Of a stretch of 64,000 bases of DNA, positions 48,591-60,815 are shown piece by piece. Source of the DNA: Candidatus Caldarchaeum subterraneum (lineage in GTDB: Archaea; Thermoproteota; Nitrososphaeria_A; Caldarchaeales; Caldarchaeaceae); contig BA000048.1 of assembly GCA_000270325.1 (NCBI GenBank), forward strand, positions 1,605,481-1,669,480. Reading direction: 5' to 3'. The translations under genes were made by a program, and so were the position numbers. The notes beneath the pieces were generated by a model that did not search any database, had not been told where the DNA came from, and saw only the letters and a list, made by a program, of their open reading frames with translations. The first letter of the stretch is position 1. Each line of letters opens with the position of its first letter.

Positions 48591-49991
48591 TTAGGATGTC
48601 CTTTGACGATAGTGTTTACGGATGTGTTCCTCCTTGATTTTGGTCAGCTCCGTCTCTGGCAAACTTGAGAGAATATCCCACGCGATTTCAAGCGACTGGT
48701 CAAGGGTGCGGTTTTCGTTGGAGCCTTGGCGGAGGAAACGCTGCTCAAACAGGTCGCCGAACTCGAGATACTTGAGGTCTGTTTCGGAGAGGCCTGATTT
48801 TCCGACGATTTCTGCGAGGGAGCGTAGCTGGACAGCTCTGGCGTAGGCTGCGTAGAGCTGGTTGCTGACGTCTCCGTGGTCTGCTCTTGTCTTCTTCTGC
48901 GAGATGATGCCGGGGCCCATGAGCCTGCTTAGGCTCATCAAGACGTTGATGGGTGGGTAAATGCCTTTCCTGTAAAGGTCGCGTGAAAGAACTATCTGGC
49001 CCTCTGTGATGTAGCCGGTTAGGTCAGGTATAGGATGCGTGATGTCGTCGCTGGGCATGCTTAGGATGGGCATCTGAGTGAGGCTGCCCTTAAGACCCTT
49101 TATCCTCCCAGCCCTCTCATACAACGAAGCAAGGTCCGTGTACATGTAGCCGGGATAACCTTTTCGGCCGGGAACCTCCTCACGCGCCGCACTGACCTCA
49201 CGCAAGGCCTCCGCATAGTTTGTGATGTCTGTGATGATGACGAGCACGTGGTAGCCCTGTTTGAAGGCGAGATACTCGGCCAAGGTGAGGGCTATTCGGG
49301 GTGTGACTATTCGTTCGATGGCTGGGTCGTCGGCTAGATTGAGAAAGAGGGCGCTCCGTTTGATGGCGCCGCTTTCCTCGAGGCTTCTTCTAAAGTAGCG
49401 GGCTTCGTCGTTCTGGACTCCGACTGCCGCGAAGATTACGGCAAACTCTTCCTCCTTGCCTGGGACTGTTGCCTGCCTCGCTATCTGGGCTGCGAGCATG
49501 TTGTGGGGAAGACCTGCTCCAGAGAAGATTGGCAGCTTCTGGCCGCGGACGAGGCTGTTCATGCCGTCTATCGCCGATATGCCCGTTTGGATAAAGTCTG
49601 ACGGGTATTCGCGTTGCTCGGGGTTGATTGGCTCGCCGTTGACATCGAGCACGTCCTCGGCTATGGGGTCGGGTAAGCCGTCTATGGGTCTGCCCAACCC
49701 GTCGAAAACCCGGCCGAGCATCTCGGTGGATACAGGCGTCTCCATGGTTCTGCCGAGGAAACGAGCCTTTGTCCCCGCTATTCCGAGACCCTGTGTCCCT
49801 TCGAAGACCTGTACAACGGCGCGGCCCTCGCTCACCTCAATAACTCTGCCGAGCCGCCGCTCACCGTCAACGGTCTCAACCTCAACCAGCTCATCATAGC
49901 CCACCCCCGAAACTCCGCCGACAACCATCAACGGGCCCTTAATCTCCTGAATAGAGAGATATTCTACACCGCTTCTCTCGGCCGCCATCAA
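48591..49991 (-). CDS. atpB: A/V-type ATP synthase subunit B
   Basis: [18 protein letters not shown] and [12 protein letters not shown]. Confidence 0.97.
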   Translation of the reverse strand: MMAAERSGVEYLSIQEIKGPLMVVGGVSGVGYDELVEVETVDGERRLGRVIEVSEGRAVVQVFEGTQGLGIAGTKARFLGRTMETPVSTEMLGRVFDGLGRPIDGLPDPIAEDVLDVNGEPINPEQREYPSDFIQTGISAIDGMNSLVRGQKLPIFSGAGLPHNMLAAQIARQATVPGKEEEFAVIFAAVGVQNDEARYFRRSLEESGAIKRSALFLNLADDPAIERIVTPRIALTLAEYLAFKQGYHVLVIITDITNYAEALREVSAAREEVPGRKGYPGYMYTDLASLYERAGRIKGLKGSLTQMPILSMPSDDITHPIPDLTGYITEGQIVLSRDLYRKGIYPPINVLMSLSRLMGPGIISQKKTRADHGDVSNQLYAAYARAVQLRSLAEIVGKSGLSETDLKYLEFGDLFEQRFLRQGSNENRTLDQSLEIAWDILSSLPETELTKIKEEHIRKHYRQRTS

Positions 49992-51790
49992 GCCTTCACC
50001 TCCACCTTCTCCCCATAAGCCAGCTTCTCAAACGTGTCAACCATAGCCTTCTCAAGCTCATCCAAAAGCTCAAGCCTGTTGTTTGGAACCTCGTACTTTG
50101 CTCTGATGAGCTTCGAGATTATGGGGAGGGAGCGGATATCTTTGAGAGCCACTCCTTTTCTCAGCGCTTCTTCGGCGAGCTTGTGGAACATGACGAAGAG
50201 TCTGAGCAGCTTGTATTGTTTCGGCGGAGGGCAGTAGGCGTCAACCTCGTCGTAGGCGCTCTGCTGCAGGAACCCCTCGCGAATCATCCGCGCCACGTCT
50301 ATGATGAGCTTCTCCTCATCCGGCAAAGCCTCGGGCCCAAGCAGTCTCACAAGCTCGAGCAAGTCAGCCTCTCTCTGGAGAAGCCGGTAGGCCTGGTAAC
50401 GCTGCTCATACCAATCCACAGTAACGTTTTCAGCCCACCATTTCCGCACCGTCTCAACATATCCCGAGTAGCTGGTAATCCAGTTGATTGCCGGGTAGTG
50501 GCGTGTGTATGCTAGGTTGGCGTCGAGGGCCCAGAATGTTCTGATAAACCTCATGGTGTGTGTTGTCACGGGTTCGGTGAAGTCTCCACCCGGCGGGCTC
50601 ACAGCGCCCACAAGAGTGACGCTTCCAATTCTCTCAGGGTTTCCGAGCGTCACCACACGGCCAGCACGTTCATAGAACTCGGCCAATCTGCTCGCTAGGT
50701 AGCTGGGGTAACCTTCCTCGGCCGGCATCTCCTCTAGTCTTCCGCTGATCTCGCGGAGGGCCTCTGCCCAGCGGCTGGTGGAGTCCGCGACGAGCAATAC
50801 ATCATAGCCCATGTCTCTGAAGTATTCCGCCATGGTTACGCCTGTGTAGATGCTGGCTTCGCGGGCCGCCACGGGCATGTTGCTGGTGTTGGCGATGAGT
50901 ACTGTTCTCTCCATGAGCGGCCTGCCTGTTGCTGGGTCTTTGAGGTGTGGGAACTCGGTCAAAACCTCCGACTCCTCGTTGCCACGTTCTCCGCAGCCGA
51001 CGTGAAAGATGACTCGTGTATCGCTCCATTTTGCGAGCTGGTGAAGCGTGACGGTTTTGCCTGTGCCGAAGGCGCCCGGTATGCATGCTGTCCCACCCTT
51101 GGAGATTGGGAAAAAGGTGTCCAGAACACGCTGACCGGTTATGGTGGGGACTTCGGGGTCAAGCCTCCTGTTGAAGGGTCTCGCTCTTCTAACGGGCCAG
51201 TTGTGATAAAGTCTGAGGTCTGTGGAGCCTTCTCTTGTCTCAAGAGTTGCCACCGTGTCCTCTATGGTGTATTCGCCCTCTGGAGCGATGTAGGTAAGTT
51301 TGCCGCGCTTCGCGTAGGGTGGTACCATTATCTTGGAGACGACTAACGGTGTTTCAGGCACCTCTCCTATGATGTCGCCGGGTCCAACCTCGTCACCCTT
51401 CTTCACAACTGGCGTGAACTTCCATTTTTTGTTCCTTGGCAGAGGGTCTACTTTGATTCCTCTCTTGATGAAGCCTGTTGAGATTTTTCCAATTGCGTCG
51501 AGAGGTCTCTGTACACCGTCGTAAATGCTGCCGAGCATGCCAGGGCCCAGAGAAACTGATAGCGGCGAACCTGTTGATTCCACGGGCTCGCCGGGCCTCA
51601 GCCCGCTGGTGTTCTCGTAAACCTGTATAAACGCGACATCCCCCGTGAGCTTGATAATTTCACCAATCAGCCTCTCCTCGCCAACATACACCGTTTCATA
51701 CATCTTCGCACCCATCATGCCGTCGGCTTTCACAGCAGGCCCAGCAACCCAGACAATCTTACCACGAACAGTGCTCATGTTTGAAACCAC
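49988..51790 (-). CDS. atpA: A/V-type ATP synthase subunit A (no intein)
   Basis: [27 protein letters not shown] and DSTSRWAEA. Confidence 0.97.
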   Translation of the reverse strand: MVSNMSTVRGKIVWVAGPAVKADGMMGAKMYETVYVGEERLIGEIIKLTGDVAFIQVYENTSGLRPGEPVESTGSPLSVSLGPGMLGSIYDGVQRPLDAIGKISTGFIKRGIKVDPLPRNKKWKFTPVVKKGDEVGPGDIIGEVPETPLVVSKIMVPPYAKRGKLTYIAPEGEYTIEDTVATLETREGSTDLRLYHNWPVRRARPFNRRLDPEVPTITGQRVLDTFFPISKGGTACIPGAFGTGKTVTLHQLAKWSDTRVIFHVGCGERGNEESEVLTEFPHLKDPATGRPLMERTVLIANTSNMPVAAREASIYTGVTMAEYFRDMGYDVLLVADSTSRWAEALREISGRLEEMPAEEGYPSYLASRLAEFYERAGRVVTLGNPERIGSVTLVGAVSPPGGDFTEPVTTHTMRFIRTFWALDANLAYTRHYPAINWITSYSGYVETVRKWWAENVTVDWYEQRYQAYRLLQREADLLELVRLLGPEALPDEEKLIIDVARMIREGFLQQSAYDEVDAYCPPPKQYKLLRLFVMFHKLAEEALRKGVALKDIRSLPIISKLIRAKYEVPNNRLELLDELEKAMVDTFEKLAYGEKVEVKA

Positions 51791-51880
51791 CTACTTCATC
51801 TAATTATTTAAACTCATTCCAAGATGGTGCCAGCCTTAGGTTGAATACTCGGTTGATGTGTATGTTGATGGTGATGTGTC

Positions 51881-52858
51881 ATGGGCTTGGCTGCTGAGAC
51901 GGTTAATCTCGGGAGAGTTTTCAGGAACCGTGGCTCGATGGTGCAGGCGCTGGAGAAGGTTAACCTGAGGATAGAGAAGGGGCAGATATATGGGTTGCTG
52001 GGGCCGAACGGCGCCGGCAAAACCACTCTCGTCAAAATCCTCACCACACTTCTTCTCCCCACCACCGGCGAGGCATATGTCTACGGCTACGACGTCTCGA
52101 AAGAAGCATCCAAAATAAGGCCTCTGATTAACCTTGTCTCGGGAGCCGATACACCGGGCTACGGCTTGATTACGGTGAGGGAAAATCTCTGGTTTTACTC
52201 GATGCTCTACGGCTTGGACAAGGAGACGGCGAAGGAGCGGATTAACAGGTTGGTAGAGGAGGTTGGGTTAAAGGAGGTGGAGAACGAGCTTCTCCGCAAC
52301 CTCTCGACAGGCTACAGGCAGAGGATGAACCTCGCCCGCGGACTCGTAAACGACCCGTTGGTGCTTTTTCTCGACGAGCCGACCATAGGCCTCGACGCGG
52401 TTTCAGCCCGCAGAATCAGGAGGCTTATCAAGGATTGGGTGAGAGTTGACAGTGGACGGACCGTTATTCTCACCAGCCACTACATGGCGGAGGTTGAGGA
52501 GATGTGTGCAAGGGTTGCTGTGCTCAACAAGGGCCGCGTTGTTGCTGAGGGGACGCCGGCTGAGCTGCGAAGCCTTGTCGCAGGAAAAACGGTGGCTGTG
52601 ATGGAGGTGTGGCTGCCGACAGATGCCGAACATGTGCTGGATAAGCTGGAGTCAGCCTATAGGACACATGACCCCGCAACCAACATCTACCGCATCCGCG
52701 TAGTAGTCAACAACTGGGATGAGACCGCGGATATCGTAGAGCACATAACCTCACATGGCGGCAAAGTACTCTCCCTCGTCAAAGCCATGCCCTCCTTCGA
52801 AGATGTTTACGTCAAACTCGTGGGAGGCGGTGAAGTTGTTTCAGAATTTGAGGCATAA
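51881..52858 (+). CDS. ABC-2 exporter ATPase
   Basis: GPNGAGKTT, LDEPT.GLD and SHYM. Confidence 0.9.
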   Translation: MGLAAETVNLGRVFRNRGSMVQALEKVNLRIEKGQIYGLLGPNGAGKTTLVKILTTLLLPTTGEAYVYGYDVSKEASKIRPLINLVSGADTPGYGLITVRENLWFYSMLYGLDKETAKERINRLVEEVGLKEVENELLRNLSTGYRQRMNLARGLVNDPLVLFLDEPTIGLDAVSARRIRRLIKDWVRVDSGRTVILTSHYMAEVEEMCARVAVLNKGRVVAEGTPAELRSLVAGKTVAVMEVWLPTDAEHVLDKLESAYRTHDPATNIYRIRVVVNNWDETADIVEHITSHGGKVLSLVKAMPSFEDVYVKLVGGGEVVSEFEA

Positions 52859-53654
52859 CCTAAGAGCTGCATACGCACGGACCTATGTGCGGGTCAGAAG
52901 CCAGTTCAGGGAGCCGGAATGGGTTTTGACCGAGTCGGTGATACCTTTGCTTATAGTCTTCGCCGCTGCGACACTTTATCGCGTTTCTGGGAGCGAGCAG
53001 CTGGCGGGCTTCGCTGTCTTGGGTGGGGCGATGATGGCTTTCTGGGACAACGTCCTCTGGCTGATGGCGAGCCAGTTCTACTGGGAAAAGGAGAGCGGAA
53101 ACCTCGACCTCTACATCATCGCACCCATTTCGAAAATGTCCATCCTACTAGGCATGTCCCTCGGCTCGATTATCAACACATCCATCAGAGCGCTGCTCAT
53201 ATTTCTCCTCGCCACCTTCGTGCTCCACATCCCGGTAAGTATAGCAGACCCGTTGGCCGTTCTCCTCGTCTTCGTACTCACTCTCACAGCTTTGTATGGA
53301 CTTGGCATGCTCATGTCATCTCTCTACATGCTCTACGGCAGAGGAGCCTACCAGCTCAACGAGGTCTTCAGCGAGCCTGTCTACCTCCTATCAGGACTCT
53401 ACTTCCCTACGATAGGCCGTTACTCGCCCTTCCCAGCGATTATCCAGTTTCTCGTATCTCTGATTCCTCTCACGTTTGGGATTGATGGCCTGAGACGGAC
53501 CATCATATTGGGAGAGGGTTTGGAGCAAGTCATGCTTCACATCTATGTGCTGCTCGCCTTGACCGTGGTGCTGATACCCCTTGCTTGGCGTGTTCTGATT
53601 TTCATGGAGAACCTTGGTAGGAGAGAGGGGAGGCTGAGCCTGAGATGGATGTGA
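52830..53654 (+). CDS. ABC-2 exporter permease
   Basis: EKESG.L and LSG.YFP; GTG start inferred. Confidence 0.82.
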   Translation: MKLFQNLRHNLRAAYARTYVRVRSQFREPEWVLTESVIPLLIVFAAATLYRVSGSEQLAGFAVLGGAMMAFWDNVLWLMASQFYWEKESGNLDLYIIAPISKMSILLGMSLGSIINTSIRALLIFLLATFVLHIPVSIADPLAVLLVFVLTLTALYGLGMLMSSLYMLYGRGAYQLNEVFSEPVYLLSGLYFPTIGRYSPFPAIIQFLVSLIPLTFGIDGLRRTIILGEGLEQVMLHIYVLLALTVVLIPLAWRVLIFMENLGRREGRLSLRWM

Positions 53655-54484
53655 AAAAACTGGTTAGGGCGCTTTGGTCATCTGCCTGGGTGGGCTGGGA
53701 GGTTGAGAGCAACTGGACCGAGCCTTTCATCTTTATCGGGCTTCAGGTGATTAGGCCGCTGGCCTCCACGCTGCTCTTTCCGTTGCTGTATCTCGTCGGC
53801 ATGAACTTTATCGGACGACCAGTCGACCCAAACTATCTAGGCTACATCTTTGTCGGGACAGCTTTCTTCACACCCTACATCTTCGCGGCGGAAACAGGAG
53901 GCACAATCGTCTCACAGGACCGAGAGCGCTACGGCGTCATGAAAAGCATTTACATCACCACCTCGTCCCTCAGCATCTATTTCCTCGGAAGGTTCCTCGC
54001 AGTAGCCGCCATATCACTCTTCTCGACCCTCAGCTCATTCGCGGCCGCTTATGCGTTAATCGTTTGGGGAATAGGCTACAGCATGCCGCTGAGGCTGGAG
54101 AATTTATTGGATGCTTTTCTGGCCCTCGGCGCGATTTACATCGGCTCCTTCGCCATCTTTTTCATCCTACCATCCATAAACCTGTTGACCAACAAGCTGC
54201 AGTGGAGCCTAACCTACTATTTCCTCGGCCTTCTCTACCTGCTGGGCGACATCATCTTTCCCGTGCAGAGCCTAAGCCCATTAGCCGAGCCGCTTGCCTA
54301 CATTCTTCCCACAAACCAGGCCCTCAACACACTCCGCGACGCCCTCGGCCTTCCAACAACCTACAACACAGCAGCCGCCTACCTCGCATCCATTCTTTGG
54401 GCCGCCCTCGGATACTTTGTCTTTAAACGAGCCGTCGGACGCGCAAGGGCCAAAGGCCTTCTCGACAAAATTGGCTGGTGGTAA
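53645..54484 (+). CDS. ABC-2 exporter permease
   Basis: multi-TM; DRERYG and FPV..L...A..LP. Confidence 0.82.
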   Translation: MDVKKLVRALWSSAWVGWEVESNWTEPFIFIGLQVIRPLASTLLFPLLYLVGMNFIGRPVDPNYLGYIFVGTAFFTPYIFAAETGGTIVSQDRERYGVMKSIYITTSSLSIYFLGRFLAVAAISLFSTLSSFAAAYALIVWGIGYSMPLRLENLLDAFLALGAIYIGSFAIFFILPSINLLTNKLQWSLTYYFLGLLYLLGDIIFPVQSLSPLAEPLAYILPTNQALNTLRDALGLPTTYNTAAAYLASILWAALGYFVFKRAVGRARAKGLLDKIGWW

Positions 54485-54516
54485 AACATTTAGCCGCTTG
54501 ACATAGTGTAGGTGGC

Positions 54517-55536
54517 GTGAAAGCGGTGCGGGTTAGAGTCGGTGGAGGCGTGGAGGTTGTTGACGTTGATGTTCCAGAGGTTGGCGAGGGTGAGCTGCTT
54601 GTCGAGATGAGGATGTGCGGTGTAGACGGCACAGACCTTGAGAAAGCATTCGGCAGACCTTTAACACCGCCGATGCTGGGCCACGAGGTTGTTGGAGTTG
54701 TGGCCGAATCCCGTGCTGAAGGGTTTGAGGAAGGTGACAGAGTCTTCGTTCATCACCATGTTACCTGCGGAAAATGCTACTACTGCAGAGAAGGGTCTCC
54801 AACCATGTGTCCGCTTTTTTTGCAGACAAGCATAGACCCATGTGGATTCGCCGAGTTTTTCAGGGTCCCACGCGTCAACGTGGAGAGGGGTGCGGTACTA
54901 CGTTTGCCTGATGAGCTGGAGTGGAGCGAAGCCGTGTTCATCGAGCCCGCGGCATGTGTCTTGAGGGCGTTGAGGAGAGCGGGGTTCCGGGCCGGACATA
55001 CTCTCTCACTTGTCGGAGCGGGGCCAACCGGCACCATCTTCATAGTGATGGCTAAGGCTTTCGGAGCTCCTGTGGTCGCTGTCTCTGAGCTCTCCAAGTA
55101 TAGACGAGATATGGCTCTGGAAAACGGCGCCGACGCTGCCGTGGACCCGTTGAGCGAGGATTTTGCGAAAAAATGCAGGGAGTTGACCGACGGACTCGGC
55201 GTCGACATCGCCGTCCTCGCAACACCCGCCGCCAAACCACTCTCAACGGCCCTCGACAGCCTACGCAGAGGCGGAACACTGCTATTGTTCGGAGCGCCCG
55301 AGAAAGGCGAGAAGACGGAAGTCGATTTCAGCAGGCTCTTCATAGAGGAGAAAAACATCGTGACCAGCTACTCCACCACCGAAGCAGAGACAAACACGGT
55401 GCTCCACATGCTCACGAAGAAAGTTTTCACACTGAAACAACTCATCACACACACCTACTCTCTTGAGAAAGCGGAGGAGGCGTTTCAGAGGGCCCGTGAC
55501 CCAAACACAAGCCTCAAGGTTGTTTTGACCAGTTAG
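54517..55536 (+). CDS. Zn-dependent medium-chain (polyol-type) dehydrogenase
   Basis: GHE..G, structural Zn C..C..C...C and GAGP.G. Confidence 0.9.
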   Translation: MKAVRVRVGGGVEVVDVDVPEVGEGELLVEMRMCGVDGTDLEKAFGRPLTPPMLGHEVVGVVAESRAEGFEEGDRVFVHHHVTCGKCYYCREGSPTMCPLFLQTSIDPCGFAEFFRVPRVNVERGAVLRLPDELEWSEAVFIEPAACVLRALRRAGFRAGHTLSLVGAGPTGTIFIVMAKAFGAPVVAVSELSKYRRDMALENGADAAVDPLSEDFAKKCRELTDGLGVDIAVLATPAAKPLSTALDSLRRGGTLLLFGAPEKGEKTEVDFSRLFIEEKNIVTSYSTTEAETNTVLHMLTKKVFTLKQLITHTYSLEKAEEAFQRARDPNTSLKVVLTS

Positions 55537-56570
55537 CTTTTAATGGCTACCTTGATGTGTTTTCCCTGTCTAAGCTCCTCGAAAACCCTGTGAATGTCCT
55601 CGAGACGTGCTTCGCCTGTTATGAGTTTTTCGAAGGGTAGCTTCTTTGACTCGAGAAGTCTGAGGGCTCTTACGACGTCTTGGGGTGTGTGGTGGAAGGA
55701 GCCGTGGAGGCTGAGTTCACCGTAGTGGATAGTGTGGGTGTCGGCTGTGAGCTTTGTGCCTCCGGGTGGGCCGCCGAAGAAGAGGACGGTGCCGCCTTTC
55801 CGAACAAGTGTCAACGCCCTCTCCCATGTCTCCGGAAGACCCACAGCCTCTATCACAACATCTGCACCGATGCCGCCCGTCTCCTCGAGGACACGTTTCC
55901 TCGCATCCTCTTCACCGCTGTTGACCACGATGTCTGCTCCCAGCTCCGAGGCAAAGCGCAGCCTGTTCCAGTTTACGTCGAGGACAATCACCTTCCTCGC
56001 ACCCGATAACCGTGACAGCAACATGTGAAGCAACCCGATGGGCCCAGCTCCCACAACAGCCACAGCGTCTCCGACATCGATGTGAATCAGCCGCTGACCC
56101 CTCACCACACAGGCGAGGGGCTCAAGCAACGCCGCGACACGTGGTTCAAGGCCTTTGGGCAGCTTGTAGAGGTTGAAGGTTACGATGCGGCGGGGGAGCT
56201 TGATGTATTCCGCGTATGCTCCGTCGACGCTGAACCCGATTATTGTTTCACCGAGGTTTTCGCAGAGGTTGAAGCGGCCGAGCTTGCAGTAGATGCAGTA
56301 GCCGCATGGCGCGGAGTTGGCTGCGACAACCTCATCACCCACGTTCACCCAGTCAACCTCTTCACCCACCTCGACAACCACACCCGCGAACTCATGCCCC
56401 ATTATCACAGGAGGCCTCGCATAAGGATGACCGCGGAGAAACATCTTCAAATCCGTTCCACAAGTAAGCGTCACAAACGTCCTAACCAACACCTCACCTC
56501 TTCCAGGCGAAGGCCTCCCAACATCCATCACACGAAGGTCACCAGGCCCGTGAAAAACAGCAGCCCTCAA
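55533..56570 (-). CDS. Zn-dependent medium-chain (polyol-type) dehydrogenase
   Basis: CGTD, GHEFAG, CGYCIYC...C and GAGPIG; TTG start at 56570 inferred. Confidence 0.9.
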   Translation of the reverse strand: MRAAVFHGPGDLRVMDVGRPSPGRGEVLVRTFVTLTCGTDLKMFLRGHPYARPPVIMGHEFAGVVVEVGEEVDWVNVGDEVVAANSAPCGYCIYCKLGRFNLCENLGETIIGFSVDGAYAEYIKLPRRIVTFNLYKLPKGLEPRVAALLEPLACVVRGQRLIHIDVGDAVAVVGAGPIGLLHMLLSRLSGARKVIVLDVNWNRLRFASELGADIVVNSGEEDARKRVLEETGGIGADVVIEAVGLPETWERALTLVRKGGTVLFFGGPPGGTKLTADTHTIHYGELSLHGSFHHTPQDVVRALRLLESKKLPFEKLITGEARLEDIHRVFEELRQGKHIKVAIKS

Positions 56571-56613
56571 CCAAACACCCCACACTAAACCAAAACAGCC
56601 GACATAAAAACAA

Positions 56614-58217
<1,604 letters not shown>

Positions 58218-58434
58218 AAGACCTGATCGTGATTGTATCAGGTCCTCATCTTGTGCCCCTGGTAGGAGGCCGAGCCATCAACCCGTGGGAGTGTCTCTCC
58301 CTTTGTCGGTCCGGTCGGAGCCGCCTTCTCGACCGGGGCAACTTATACAACTACTTGTGTTCTTATAAATATTGCGTTGGCTGATGGAAGGTGTCCGAAA
58401 CTATTTTTTCCGCTGTGTAGTGTTGTTTTGCGGT

Positions 58435-58890
58435 TTGTCGGAGAGGCTTCGGAGGTTTATGGAGTCCGGTGGGTTGGTTGGTGAGTTTGTGGAGCTTCCG
58501 CCTGAGCAGGCGAGAACATCCGAGTCGGCGGCGAACGCTGTGGGATGTGAGCTTGGGCAGATTGCTAAAAGTATTGTGTTGAAGGGTTCGCGGACGTATG
58601 TGGTTGTGTTGGCGGGTGACAGGCGCATAGATTTGAAGAAGTTCAGCAAAGTTGTGGGTGAGCCTGTGCGTCTCGCGAAGCCCGATGAAGTATTGTCCGA
58701 GACAGGCTACCCCGTCGGAGCTGTTCCACCCTTCGGCCACATCAGGCCGCTCAAAACATTCATCGACGCATCACTTCTCAGACACAAGGTTGTCTACGCG
58801 TCAGGCGGCAGCGACAGCTTCCTCCTCAAACTCGGCGTCGACACACTGCTCAACCACTTCGGCGACAGTGTTGTCGATGTCTCGCGGTAG
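58435..58890 (+). CDS. YbaK/aminoacyl-tRNA deacylase
   Basis: QIAKSIV, TGY.VG.VPPFG and Y.SGG; start uncertain. Confidence 0.88.
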   Translation: MSERLRRFMESGGLVGEFVELPPEQARTSESAANAVGCELGQIAKSIVLKGSRTYVVVLAGDRRIDLKKFSKVVGEPVRLAKPDEVLSETGYPVGAVPPFGHIRPLKTFIDASLLRHKVVYASGGSDSFLLKLGVDTLLNHFGDSVVDVSR

Positions 58891-58927
58891 AGAAAGGCTT
58901 TTGACCTCCCACTAAACAGTGAAGAAC

Positions 58928-59068
58928 ATGGTCAAGCTGAGCAAGACAAGGTTCTGGGACGTCTTCTCCTCGTTTGCATACATTCTCGCGTTCTTGTTGA
59001 CGATGGTCGCAGTTGTCGGGCTTGCGATGTTTTTGATGCAGACGCCGAATCTACTCGGCATAGCTTAA
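58928..59068 (+). CDS. small 46-aa single-TM protein (not in the ORF track)
   Basis: MVKLSKTRFWDVFSSFAYILAFLLTMVAVVGLAMFLMQTPNLLGIA*; basic N-terminus followed by a hydrophobic helix. Confidence 0.55.
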   Translation: MVKLSKTRFWDVFSSFAYILAFLLTMVAVVGLAMFLMQTPNLLGIA

Positions 59069-59094
59069 AATAACACCCGAAAACATGAAAAATC

Positions 59095-59211
59095 GGCGCC
59101 GGTCATAGGATGGGGGAAACGCCCAGACTCAGCCGAACCTGGAAGCTAAGCCCCATCCGCGCGGCACTAGTGAGGTGGGAGACCCCTCGCGAAAGCCGCG
59201 TGCCGGCGGCC
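59095..59211 (+). rRNA. rrf: 5S rRNA
   Basis: GGTCATAG, GAAACGCCC, CCGAACC..GAAGCTAAGC pattern; paired ends; followed by a T-rich tract. Confidence 0.9.
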
Positions 59212-59260
59212 AAATTTGCTTTTGTTTTAATTCATGCCGACCAGTATTTTTCTGATGTAG

Positions 59261-59992
59261 ATGGCTGATGTGTCAACTGTTGTTGTCGTTGTTTTGCTTG
59301 GGGCCGCTGCTTTCTTCTACACTTTGGGCGGGTTTGCGGGTGGCTCGGTCTTCATAGCGATTTTGTTGGCGGCCAGCGTTCCCGCTGGTCAGGCGGCTCT
59401 GGCTGGGCTTGTCTTCAACACCGTCTCCACGTCAAGCTCCATTCTAAGATGGCGTATTCACTTTTCGCGAGAGATGCTGTGGTTTGTGGCAGGCTCCGTT
59501 CCCATGGCTTTTGTCGGCGGGTTGTTGTATGTTCCCGACGAGCTGCTGCGGCGGGTTATGGGTGTGGCTATTCTGGTGGGTGGCTTCACGGTGTTGACGG
59601 CGACGTTCCAGCTCAAAAAAGTCTACCTGGGAATACCCGCCAGGGTTCTTGTGGGATGCGGCATCGGGCTTCTCGCAGGTTTGACAGGCATAGGCGGTGG
59701 AGTGTATCTCGCCCCTCTGCTCATCATGCTGGATATCGCGAACCCGAAGACGACCGCCGCCACAACAACCACACTAATTCTCCTAAACTCGTTAGCAGGC
59801 ATACTGGCCCGGCTGCCAAGGCTCCCGACACTGCTGCCGAACCCAGTAATCCTCGCAGCCATATCCCTCATCATTTTAACCGCCCAGCTCGGCTCATACA
59901 CCGGCGCCAAACTTTTCTCCCAAAAAACGGTGAGACGAGTCATCGCGTTAATACTCATCTCGATAGGTCTCTACCTGAGCCTCGGAGCCTAA
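59261..59992 (+). CDS. TauE/SafE sulfite exporter family protein
   Basis: GFAGG and GLTGIGGG...P repeats; ~8 TM. Confidence 0.85.
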   Translation: MADVSTVVVVVLLGAAAFFYTLGGFAGGSVFIAILLAASVPAGQAALAGLVFNTVSTSSSILRWRIHFSREMLWFVAGSVPMAFVGGLLYVPDELLRRVMGVAILVGGFTVLTATFQLKKVYLGIPARVLVGCGIGLLAGLTGIGGGVYLAPLLIMLDIANPKTTAATTTTLILLNSLAGILARLPRLPTLLPNPVILAAISLIILTAQLGSYTGAKLFSQKTVRRVIALILISIGLYLSLGA

Positions 59993-60090
59993 CTTCAGGG
60001 ATATAGACGTAGTAGATCCCTTTATCCGTTTGTGTTCTAGGGTTCTCGAGCCAGGTTCACCGTGGAAAAATAGGCCAGCAGTATCGATAG

Positions 60091-60591
60091 TTAATCCTCC
60101 GCTGTTATCACATGGAGTATAATTAGCACGATTAGCAATGCAGTGATTACTATCTGAGTATGTATCACCTTGTTAAGCGCCTTCGAGTATCTATTCGACA
60201 CCAGCATTAGGAAGTAGCCTGATACCATAACAGCGGCTATGACCACCGTCAACGATAGCGAAATCGGGTCTAAGTATCTTATTAGAGCGAATCCATGTGA
60301 AAAAGCCGCCAATGTGCCGGCGGAGTTTACGGCTATGTGAAAGTGTAACGCTGGTTTGTATATCAATGCTAGTTTCCTGCTTATATCCCTGGCATCGGGG
60401 ATGAAGGCTGTTATGAAACGCCTCAGGAAATTATATGCGTTGAAGGGTAGTGTGGCGAGGACTCCAGCGCCTATTGCCAGCCACCCCAGCTCTTTGTTGA
60501 CCTCTTCACCTCCATCCGCAAAGACAGGCTGTATTGAGAATACAAATAACATGAGAATAAGCGCTAGGGTTTTTGTTGACCTTTCCTCCAT
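60091..60591 (-). CDS. membrane protein with four His in TM helices (possible heme b)
   Basis: LHFHI, FSHG, VIHTQ and ILHV. Confidence 0.55.
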   Translation of the reverse strand: MEERSTKTLALILMLFVFSIQPVFADGGEEVNKELGWLAIGAGVLATLPFNAYNFLRRFITAFIPDARDISRKLALIYKPALHFHIAVNSAGTLAAFSHGFALIRYLDPISLSLTVVIAAVMVSGYFLMLVSNRYSKALNKVIHTQIVITALLIVLIILHVITAED

Positions 60592-60815
60592 GCTTCAAAC
60601 ACCTTGTATCCACCATAAATGAAAGCACCAGCTATAATCGAGATCACCGCTACGAATACAACGTTACCAAATCCCAATAGGTTTGAGCCAGCCCTTCCAC
60701 CGTTTTCGGCCTCCTTTTCCTCTTCGTGTTCGTCCCCATTGCCGTATACATATGTCGTATTGGTTAAAACAGCTGCCAAAAGCAAAAAGGCCAGAAGGAT
60801 AGTTATTGTCTTCAC
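60564..60815 (-). CDS. small protein with signal peptide, acidic linker and TM helix
   Basis: signal-like N-terminus, GDEHEEEKE and C-terminal TM. Confidence 0.5.
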   Translation of the reverse strand: MKTITILLAFLLLAAVLTNTTYVYGNGDEHEEEKEAENGGRAGSNLLGFGNVVFVAVISIIAGAFIYGGYKVFEAWRKGQQKP

